A stretch of DNA of 64,000 bases from a virus. Lineage: Duplodnaviria; Caudoviricetes. The notes below the pieces were generated by a model that saw only the letters and a list, made by a program, of their open reading frames with translations, did no database searches and was not told where the DNA came from. Every line of letters starts with the position of its first letter. Position 1 is the stretch's first letter. Both the position numbers and the translations under genes were made by a program. This document shows, piece after piece, positions 56,475 to 64,000 of the stretch. The stretch lies in the IMG/VR virus record IMGVR_UViG_2595698621_000001, positions 1-64,000 of that record; one strand, given 5' to 3'.

Positions 56475-57951
56475 CGTTCGACCACCGTCCAGGACTCCCA
56501 TCGACGACTCGCACGTCCCAGTCGAGGTCAGCGAGCATCGGGTCCTCGCCGTTCTCCTCGAGTTCCCGCATACGCTGGCACAGCGCCTTGTGCTTCGGGA
56601 AGGTCGGGTACGTGAGACCCGTGTAGGAGAACTTCGTGATTGAACCCGACTTCTGGAGTTGCCCCTGCGGTCGACCGTCAGAGCCTTCGGTGAATCGGAG
56701 AATCTGGTCGACCTTGTACGGGTTGTCTCGCTCCCCGACAGGTTTCTTCGGATTCCCTTCGTCACCCTCCATAATCGCCTCGTAGTCGTCCGTCTGCATA
56801 GCCGTCCAATACAGGTGGTACGGCGTGTCGACCATCACTTCGCGGAACCGCTTGTTGTGGTACCGCTTGATGACTTTCCAGTCGCTCTCGCCCGACCGTC
56901 CCATATTCGAGGACAGGTTGACTTCTTCGAGCGACTTCCCGTCGTACACCTTCGAGACGTACTTCTGCTTCGACCACTCCCACATCTCGCTCATCGAGTC
57001 GACTACGATAGTCCCGCGGTGACCCTTCTCGAGATATCGGTCGAGAACGTCGATGGCCTCGAACATAGCGTCTCGAGCCTCGTCGTAGTTGTCAGGTTGC
57101 CAGATGTAGGTCACCTTATCCTCGAACTTCGACGCCAGTTGGTGTGCTTTACCTTCCGTGTCGATAATGCACACCGGCTGCGGCATCGTAAACCCGAAGT
57201 GCGTCTTGCCCGACCCAGGCAGCGCCCATCCGAGGATACGCCACAGGTACGGTTGGTCAGACGCTTCTTTCGTCGTCATAGCACCGGGAGCGACAGTCCC
57301 GAGGTCGAGTTCCTCGATACCATCGTCACCGTCGTCAGACGAAAGAGACGCGGTCGTGTCCGGTTCCTCGGTGACCTCCGATGTATCACCCTCGTCGTTG
57401 TCAGCGAGGTTGTCTACGCCCACGTCGTCGAGCTCTTCGACTTCGTCCGCCTCGTCAGGGTTGTCGTCTTCATCGGTGTCGTCGTCAACACCCCAACTGC
57501 TCCCGTCGGACGTTTCGTCAGTCGATGTCTCGGTATCGCCGGTTGGCTCAGAGTCATCTTCGTCAGGTCGAACCTGCCGGAGGCGGCGTTCGTACACCTC
57601 ATCCGCGGACGAGCGCGTGTCCTGCTCGCGTGCGAGTTCGAGAACTTCAGCGTCGTCGAGATTCTTGTACTCGTCCTCGAGCGTCGAGACAGTGACCTCA
57701 CTGACGTTACCCTCTTTGACGAGTCGAGCGAACCGTTCGGGGAACGTCTCTTCCTCGGTTTCGTTCACTTCGGGTTCCTCGTCCTCGTCGTCGCCATCGT
57801 CAGGCGCCACGTTGTCTTGGTCATCGACACTCTCCACGTCGGCGCCCCACCCTTCGGAATCAGAGGATTCCGTCTGCGTAGTGCCGCCGTCGGTGCTGGT
57901 GTCGGTCGATTCCTCCTCTACGTCGTCGTCTTCGTCAAGTCCCCAGGACAT
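56467..57951 (-). CDS. Sak4-like (AAA_24) ATPase/annealase with long acidic N-terminus
   Basis: LPGSGKT, IIDTEG, TIVVDS, DW. Confidence 0.7.
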   Translation of the reverse strand: MSWGLDEDDDVEEESTDTSTDGGTTQTESSDSEGWGADVESVDDQDNVAPDDGDDEDEEPEVNETEEETFPERFARLVKEGNVSEVTVSTLEDEYKNLDDAEVLELAREQDTRSSADEVYERRLRQVRPDEDDSEPTGDTETSTDETSDGSSWGVDDDTDEDDNPDEADEVEELDDVGVDNLADNDEGDTSEVTEEPDTTASLSSDDGDDGIEELDLGTVAPGAMTTKEASDQPYLWRILGWALPGSGKTHFGFTMPQPVCIIDTEGKAHQLASKFEDKVTYIWQPDNYDEARDAMFEAIDVLDRYLEKGHRGTIVVDSMSEMWEWSKQKYVSKVYDGKSLEEVNLSSNMGRSGESDWKVIKRYHNKRFREVMVDTPYHLYWTAMQTDDYEAIMEGDEGNPKKPVGERDNPYKVDQILRFTEGSDGRPQGQLQKSGSITKFSYTGLTYPTFPKHKALCQRMRELEENGEDPMLADLDWDVRVVDGSPGRWSNDD

Positions 57952-57953
57952 AG

Positions 57954-58997
57954 TTACAGGCTTTGGGTCTCCGTCTGGTCGTCGTTCGAGCCGCTACCGC
58001 CGCTGTTGCCGTAGTTGTCGTCTATCGGCATCGAGATGTACGGGACGATGCCGACCACGTTCATCACTACCTGACCCTTACTGTCTCCGTCCTCCTCGCG
58101 GGTCAGTGTCCCGTAGAAGTCACACTGCGAGTCGTTCCCGTACTCCATCAGGTCTGGGTTCGTCCACGCGGTGAGACCTGCGTTACGGTCGTCTCCTCCT
58201 GTAATCTCCTCGCGCAGGTCGTTGGGGTCGACTACAGTATCGTCGAGAATATTGTAGATGCCGAAGGGGTTGTCGTTCTTGGACATCCCCTGATAGTGGT
58301 CGACCACGTACCCGCTGATACGTTTGAGGTCGCCTTCGTGCGAGAAGTCGTCAGAATCAGACACACTCAGGTGCTGACCGAGGTCCTCGAGCGTCGCCTC
58401 GTCCTGAATCTGATTGTTGATGACTTTCCGCTTCCCGTCCTTGCTGTCGGGCAGGTCCTCGAAGTCGCCTTCCTCCGCCTTCGTCTGGTCGTTCGACCAG
58501 CAGACGTAGATGGGCGTCGGGTCGGGGTCACCAGTTGCCTTGATGTCTCCTTTCTCGAGCGAGGACCACACCTTCAGCTCGTTGAGAGGACGGAACTTCG
58601 CACGCATATCACCGAGGTCGATGCCGTCTGTCTCCTCGAAGATGAAGACGCCGATACCCACGTCCTTGTCGCTCGGATTGACGATTCCGTAAGCGAACAG
58701 GACGTCTCGCTCCTCGGTGTTCGGGTTGTTCCGTCCCCATCGACGAACGCCGCCGTGCCCGAGTGCGAGGGTCGGAATCTCGAACGTCTGACCACCAGAC
58801 GACTGCGTGCGGTCGGCACGCATAATCGACGACCGAACCATACGCACTGCGAACGACTTGACCGCGTCGCCGGACAGGTCGTCCTCGGCGTTCTGCTTCG
58901 CCTGTTGCAGTTTCTCCTGATACTTCTGCTTCAGAGTATCGAGGTCTTTGCCCGTCTCGTCGGCGATTTTCTTGAGTTCTTTCTCTACATCCGTCAT
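57954..58997 (-). CDS. putative ssDNA-binding (OB-fold) protein
   Basis: RPA-like helical N-terminus, OB-like strands, acidic tail; adjacent to the Sak4-like gene. Confidence 0.55.
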   Translation of the reverse strand: MTDVEKELKKIADETGKDLDTLKQKYQEKLQQAKQNAEDDLSGDAVKSFAVRMVRSSIMRADRTQSSGGQTFEIPTLALGHGGVRRWGRNNPNTEERDVLFAYGIVNPSDKDVGIGVFIFEETDGIDLGDMRAKFRPLNELKVWSSLEKGDIKATGDPDPTPIYVCWSNDQTKAEEGDFEDLPDSKDGKRKVINNQIQDEATLEDLGQHLSVSDSDDFSHEGDLKRISGYVVDHYQGMSKNDNPFGIYNILDDTVVDPNDLREEITGGDDRNAGLTAWTNPDLMEYGNDSQCDFYGTLTREEDGDSKGQVVMNVVGIVPYISMPIDDNYGNSGGSGSNDDQTETQSL

Positions 58998-59229
58998 ACC
59001 GAATCTCCTCCGTTCATCTGCGTCTTTTCGTTGACCACACCTCACCCTATAACCGTCGTTCTAATTTTGCGGGGTCATCTGGACAACAACTTCTCGAGCT
59101 ATTCTCAAGGGCAGAATTAGAACTCAATCCTTTTTATCCCGTATCCCCAATAACAGCATACAAGGGCTGTAGTAGGGAAGGGTAGCTTAAGGGAGAGCCC
59201 TATTCTACATACAGTAGAAGACGATTACT

Positions 59230-60141
59230 ATGGAATTAACAGACCTCAAAGGAGTCGGCCAAGTAACGTACAACGATAAACTAAAGCCTGCTGGCTTTGA
59301 GACAATAGAAGACGTAGCAAGAGCCAGCGTTGATGAATTGATGGACGAAGCCGGTCTTAGCGAAGGAAAGGCCGATAAGGTATTTACGAGAGCAAACAGG
59401 GAAGCAGTAGTTCTACAGTCAGGAGTTGACGTACAGGACGAGTATGACAAGAAGGAGTACGTCAGTACTGGGATGGACAAGCTTGACGACCTCCTCGGCG
59501 GAGGATGGGAGGAAGGGTTCCTCGTGACACTATCTGGTGAGTCGGGCTCGGGTAAGACGCAGGTCGCGTTCCACTCGATGGTTCGCGCAGTCGAGCAGGT
59601 TGACGCTCCTGCTGTGTATATCGAGACAGAACCTAACCGTTATCGCCCAGACCGCCTCCGTTCGCTCGCGGAGACAGACGATACACAGCAAGACATTTAT
59701 CGTATAAAGGCATACGACCTCGACAAGCAGAAACTCGCCTACGATAAGGTGCGCGAGCACTTTGACGAGGTGTCTCTTGTCGTGGTCGACTCGTTCACCG
59801 CTCGATTCCGCCTCTCCGAGCAATTCGAGGGTCGTGGCTCGCTGTCTCAGCGGTCCACGGAGATGTCCGACCACCTACGTCGTCTCGAACGTCTCAGCGA
59901 GGACCTCGGAGCGCCAATTCTCCTCACTGCTCAGGTGTACGGTAATCCGAGTGGGTTCGGTGCAGGAGACGCCGTCTACGGGGGCTCGCTTATGCAGCAC
60001 ACCGTGTCGTGTTTCGTCAATATGAAGTCGTCGTCCGGGAATCTGAAGGAGGCGCAACTACGTGGTCATCCTGGTCAGGCAGACGAGGAGGTCTACATCA
60101 ATATCGGGCAGAATCAGCTCGAAGCGATGGATAACGTCTGA
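59230..60141 (+). CDS. radA: RadA recombinase
   Basis: N-terminal HhH, STG...LD.LLGGG, GESGSGKTQ, YIETE, VVVDS..ARFR. Confidence 0.92.
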   Translation: MELTDLKGVGQVTYNDKLKPAGFETIEDVARASVDELMDEAGLSEGKADKVFTRANREAVVLQSGVDVQDEYDKKEYVSTGMDKLDDLLGGGWEEGFLVTLSGESGSGKTQVAFHSMVRAVEQVDAPAVYIETEPNRYRPDRLRSLAETDDTQQDIYRIKAYDLDKQKLAYDKVREHFDEVSLVVVDSFTARFRLSEQFEGRGSLSQRSTEMSDHLRRLERLSEDLGAPILLTAQVYGNPSGFGAGDAVYGGSLMQHTVSCFVNMKSSSGNLKEAQLRGHPGQADEEVYINIGQNQLEAMDNV

Positions 60142-60296
60142 CGGTCAGCGAACGTTTTCCGTCGGGTTCTCGCACGTCATCCACGCCTCTGGGTTCGACA
60201 ACGAGGCGAAAGTGATGGTGTCGTTCGCGTGAATCGTCATCTCTCCGCGTTCGTGCTCTCCCGCTGGCGCACGAGAAACGCGACGAACGGTGACCA

Positions 60297-60530
60297 TTAT
60301 TCTAACACCTCAACGGTCGCGTCTCCGTAGGCGGTCGAGGTCAGGTCGTTGATACAGACGTGGTGTCGCGTTCCGTTCGTAATGACGAGAGCGCTCGTCG
60401 AGATTCCTTCCCCGTTGACCTCCTGAACCTCGCAAATCTCGCCGTCTGACAGGTAGCGAACCTCGTCACCGACCTCGATTCCTGCTATGATGCTCTCCGC
60501 TTCTTCTCGGCTGGGTGCTTCGTAGGACAT
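60297..60530 (-). CDS. early hypothetical protein
   Basis: GTGTAC..GAGGAGAAAAGAAATG leader. Confidence 0.7.
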   Translation of the reverse strand: MSYEAPSREEAESIIAGIEVGDEVRYLSDGEICEVQEVNGEGISTSALVITNGTRHHVCINDLTSTAYGDATVEVLE

Positions 60531-60654
60531 TTCTTTTCTCCTCACTTCGACGTACACGAGGTGGCGTAATAAAGGTATGGGATATTACCTTACCAATACG
60601 TTAGTGGTAAATTGAAAACCGTCTTTCTAAGCGGGCTGAGTCCGAAGATTGGGG

Positions 60655-60811
60655 AGTACGGGTGTGTCAGGTCATACGAGTGTCGTAGAGTTACTGCGAC
60701 GTACTACTGAAACCACCCAGAAGTGGTCTACCGACAGTCTAAGGCCTTTAGAAGGGGCTTAACTGAGTGCTAATATTCGTAAATCGCTCGGTGCGTGAAA
60801 GTAGCGGGCGA
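60655..60811 (+). ncRNA. putative structured RNA/leader upstream of terS
   Basis: Five stems, several with plus-strand G-U pairs, including a three-way junction. Confidence 0.45.
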
Positions 60812-60854
60812 GATGTTGAAGGCGAGACACGGTGAAAGTTGTAGTGAGAGCGTT

Positions 60855-61517
60855 ATGCCAGGTGGAAAACCTAAGTTCAGGAAAAAGGATACTCGTGTCG
60901 AGGTTGCTCTCGCCAAGTACTACGGGCTCGGTGAAGACGAACCGTGGGACCTCGACCGTATCGCTGACTACCTGAACGTATCTCGGTCGACTGTCGAGGA
61001 CTACGTGTATAATACTGAGATGGCGGAGGAGGTCGAACGCGCCGCCGCCGAAGCTCAGGCACGCACGCGGATGGAAATCGTAATGAAGCTCAAGAGCGAG
61101 CTTCAGAAACTCGAAGATATCGAGGAGGACCTCCTGCAAGCAAAGGAGACCGTCATCTCGTCGTACACGCCGAAGCGTGTCGAGGCGAAAGTCAACTCCC
61201 CCGATGGGGTTCACTTCGACGACGACGCGGGCAGTCCGACTGTCTCGACCCAGATACCGGTCCCACAGGACTACAAGGAGGTCGCCGACACGTCGAAACT
61301 CAAGAACGTCTGGATTCAGAAGCGCAAAATCATCCAAGACATCGAGGACCTGATGGGTCTCGAAGCGCCAGACAAGGTCGAGCAAGAGAGCAAATCCGTC
61401 CACCTCGAGCGCAAGGTGTACGAGGTCAAATCGGACGGTGACTTCCCAGAGCCGGATGTTGCTCACGTCAACGAGGACCCGGCTGAGATAGAAGTCGAAC
61501 CTAGTGACGACGTATGA
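60855..61517 (+). CDS. putative terminase small subunit
   Basis: HTH (IADYLNVSRSTVEDY), LMGLEAP.K; ATGA-coupled to TerL. Confidence 0.7.
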   Translation: MPGGKPKFRKKDTRVEVALAKYYGLGEDEPWDLDRIADYLNVSRSTVEDYVYNTEMAEEVERAAAEAQARTRMEIVMKLKSELQKLEDIEEDLLQAKETVISSYTPKRVEAKVNSPDGVHFDDDAGSPTVSTQIPVPQDYKEVADTSKLKNVWIQKRKIIQDIEDLMGLEAPDKVEQESKSVHLERKVYEVKSDGDFPEPDVAHVNEDPAEIEVEPSDDV

Positions 61518-62962
61518 GCGCGCAGGACAGGGACGCGGCCTGGACGTTCACTCCCTTCGACAAGCAGGAGGACTTCCTCAACTGCACGGACCGACAGGTC
61601 CTCCTGTCCGGCGCCTTCGGGACTGGCAAAACGCTCGTCGGGTGTGAGAAGGGGTACAGGTTCAATCAGATGTATCCCGGTAACCGCGGGCTCATCGTTC
61701 GTAAGACGTTCACTGACGTGAAGTCGACCACGGTCAATCAGACGCTCCTCGAGGACGTGATTCCTCCGTCTCATATCGTTGACCACAACAGGTCAGAACA
61801 CGTCATAGAACACTACACAGGTGAAAAGACGCCCGAAGGTGAACCCGTCACTTCCGAGATATACTACCACGGCCTCGACTCGGGTCGTAAGACAGGCGAC
61901 GACGACCTCCCGCGCAAAATTGGTGGGATGGAGTTCGGGTGGATTTTCGTCGATGAGGCTTCAGAACTGTCGAAAGGTGAGTGGACCCAGCTTATGGGTC
62001 GTCTCCGCTACGACGGCCGCCGGGTAGGAAACTACAACTACGAGATTCCTTTCCGGCAAATGTTCGCTGCGACGAACCCCGAACACCCGGGACACTGGAT
62101 GTACCGTTGGTTCTTCGAGGATAACCGAGGAACGCACTTCACGCTCCGTATGGACGACAACCCCCACCTCGCGGAGGACTACGTGAAGGACAACAAGCAG
62201 AACTACTCGGGTGTATACTTCGACCGGTACATCCTCGGAAAGTGGGTTGGCGCTGAAGGGCTCATCTACGACAACTGGGATAGTGACGCGCACCACGTCG
62301 AACCCGTTGACCTCCCTGGAGGTTGGGAGGTTCATCGGGAGGAGGAGTTCGACGACCACACTGCGTACTTCGCCTCGCCGCCGCAGGATTGGCGCGTGTA
62401 TCGGAGTATCGACTTCGGGTTCCGAAACCCGTTCGTTTGTCAGTGGTGGGCGCGGGGGCCGGACGACCAACACGTCCTGTTCCGCGAGCTCTACAAAACC
62501 GAGCAACTCGTCGAAGACGTCGCTCGAGAAATCAAAAATCTCGACCCACAGGACCACGTTATCGACCAGACCTTCACTGACTGGGACGCGGAAGACAGAG
62601 CGACGCTACAGCGTCACGGAATCGACGTGGCTCGGGCGAATAAGCACGTTTCGCCTGGTATTCAATCTGTGAAATCTCGCCTGCAAAAGGACGAGCGAGG
62701 ACGCCCTTCGCTCTATATTATGCAAGGCGCACGAGTTCACGAGCAGGACCAGGCTCTCGATGAAGACAACGACCCGGTTAAGACGGTGGGGGAAATAACT
62801 GGGTACAAGTGGAAGGACGATGAGCAGGAGGACCGCCCCGTGAAGGAAAACGACCACGGAATGGACGCTATGCGGTACTTCGTCCACACACTCGACGCTC
62901 GAGGTACGATGTCTCGAGACGAGATGGAAGATTGGGCGGAGACCGTCAACACAGCGTGGTGA
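61514..62962 (+). CDS. terL: terminase large subunit
   Basis: GAFGTGKT, FVDEA, ATNP..GHW, IDFG, DHGMDAMRY. Confidence 0.93.
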   Translation: MSAQDRDAAWTFTPFDKQEDFLNCTDRQVLLSGAFGTGKTLVGCEKGYRFNQMYPGNRGLIVRKTFTDVKSTTVNQTLLEDVIPPSHIVDHNRSEHVIEHYTGEKTPEGEPVTSEIYYHGLDSGRKTGDDDLPRKIGGMEFGWIFVDEASELSKGEWTQLMGRLRYDGRRVGNYNYEIPFRQMFAATNPEHPGHWMYRWFFEDNRGTHFTLRMDDNPHLAEDYVKDNKQNYSGVYFDRYILGKWVGAEGLIYDNWDSDAHHVEPVDLPGGWEVHREEEFDDHTAYFASPPQDWRVYRSIDFGFRNPFVCQWWARGPDDQHVLFRELYKTEQLVEDVAREIKNLDPQDHVIDQTFTDWDAEDRATLQRHGIDVARANKHVSPGIQSVKSRLQKDERGRPSLYIMQGARVHEQDQALDEDNDPVKTVGEITGYKWKDDEQEDRPVKENDHGMDAMRYFVHTLDARGTMSRDEMEDWAETVNTAW

Positions 62963-62968
62963 TAACAA

Positions 62969-64000
62969 ATGGGAATCACTGACCGACTACGTAAAGGCGT
63001 GAGAAATCGCCTCGACCGTCGTATCGCTCGCCAACTGTCGAAGTACGGGGCTGGTTATCCGTCGTTCTCTCGCGGCGAACAGCCTCGTGCCCGCGAACCT
63101 GAACCGCCTTACCAGCGCCGTGTCAGCCCGCGGTTCATCTATCGCCTACGTCAGAACTCGACTTTGGTCAACAACGCCATCGAGGAGAAGGTATCACAGA
63201 CATTCCGCCGAGGACTGACGGATATCGAGAAGGCGTGGGAGGCAAAGTGTCCTAACTGCAAGGAGGAGTACGACACTCTCCAGCCGTTCTACAACGAATT
63301 CTCGTGGCTCGATGAAGGCGACGAGGTTGACTTCAGTAAGGGCCGGCGGTGTCCTGACTGCGACTCGATGGTCAAGTTCAAAACGCCGTCGAAGGAGGAC
63401 AAAGAAAAACTCCGCTCGTTCCTCGGGCAGTGTAATGAGCGCGGACGTGAGAATCGAGCCCTCGAGCCTTCCGAGCAGAACTCGGTCGGTCAGACGATGG
63501 TCGAAGTGTTCAAGGAGGTCGGTTGGGACATCCAATCCTTCGACGACGGGTGGCTCATCTTCGAGCGTGCTTACAAAACGGACGGTGATGGGAAGGTGGT
63601 CGACTACGACCTGAAAGGTGTTCACCGAGCGCCTCCTGACCGTATGCGTTACTCTATCGACGAGAACGGAGCGTTCGGTCGTGAATACTACGTCTGTGTC
63701 GAGTGTCGGGCGAAGAATCCCGAGACGTATCAGGCGCAGTCAGACGGTAGTCAGTGTTCCTGTGGCAACTACACGTATCCTGCTTACGCGGTTAGCACCG
63801 ACAAGAGCGGGCGTTCCGGTAACAACGACCCAGAGAACTTCTTCATCCGCGGAGAGTTCGTACACGCGAGTGAGTACGAACCGTCGAAGTACTACGGATA
63901 CTCTCCTATCCTCACGTTGTGGGATGAGGCGTCTACTCTCGAGAAGATGGACAACTGGTACAGGGAGGCGTACAAGGAGCGGCGTGCGCCTCGCGGTGCT
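62969..64000 (+). CDS. portal protein (partial, runs off the window)
   Basis: Open frame to the window end following TerL; YGYSPI portal motif; two CxxC-type insertions. Confidence 0.8.
   Translation, partial: MGITDRLRKGVRNRLDRRIARQLSKYGAGYPSFSRGEQPRAREPEPPYQRRVSPRFIYRLRQNSTLVNNAIEEKVSQTFRRGLTDIEKAWEAKCPNCKEEYDTLQPFYNEFSWLDEGDEVDFSKGRRCPDCDSMVKFKTPSKEDKEKLRSFLGQCNERGRENRALEPSEQNSVGQTMVEVFKEVGWDIQSFDDGWLIFERAYKTDGDGKVVDYDLKGVHRAPPDRMRYSIDENGAFGREYYVCVECRAKNPETYQAQSDGSQCSCGNYTYPAYAVSTDKSGRSGNNDPENFFIRGEFVHASEYEPSKYYGYSPILTLWDEASTLEKMDNWYREAYKERRAPRGA

Overview
This window looks like the left ~64 kb of a large, GC-rich tailed haloarchaeal virus. The proteome is acidic and the gene content resembles the HVTV-1/HCTV-1/HCTV-5 siphoviruses; this assignment is inferred from gene content only. 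In order it carries: (i) small early ORFs driven by a repeated promoter cassette (ACTTTCAC..TTTATG..GTGTAC..GGAGG..AAAAGAAATG); (ii) nucleotide metabolism genes (class II RNR, ThyX, 5'-nucleotidase, MazG-like, Tmk); (iii) an isolated four-gene structural cassette; (iv) an Hjc-like resolvase, RtcB, an ERCC4 nuclease and tRNA-Gln(UUG); (v) a MoxR-AAA/VWA pair and a SprT-like protease; (vi) a complete 7-deazaguanine (preQ1) DNA-modification cluster (DpdA-like, folE, yhhQ, queE, queD, queC, queF); (vii) a replication block (RFC-L, RFC-S, PolB, Cas4-like exonuclease, primase, clamp, Sak4-like ATPase, SSB-like, RadA); (viii) TerS, TerL and the start of the portal. The most striking unannotated signals are: a complete type III hammerhead ribozyme (13021-13087) in a genome that also encodes RtcB; several other structured intergenic RNAs; at least 8 micro-ORFs sharing a W-x(6-8)-FW motif; a shared C-terminal LDF-type clamp-binding motif on the DNA-modification enzyme, a GNAT, an HNH and RFC-L; and an HNH gene that captured and recoded the queE N-terminus. 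All calls were made by eye without database searches. Start codons were adjusted manually, and several small hypothetical ORFs are not listed.
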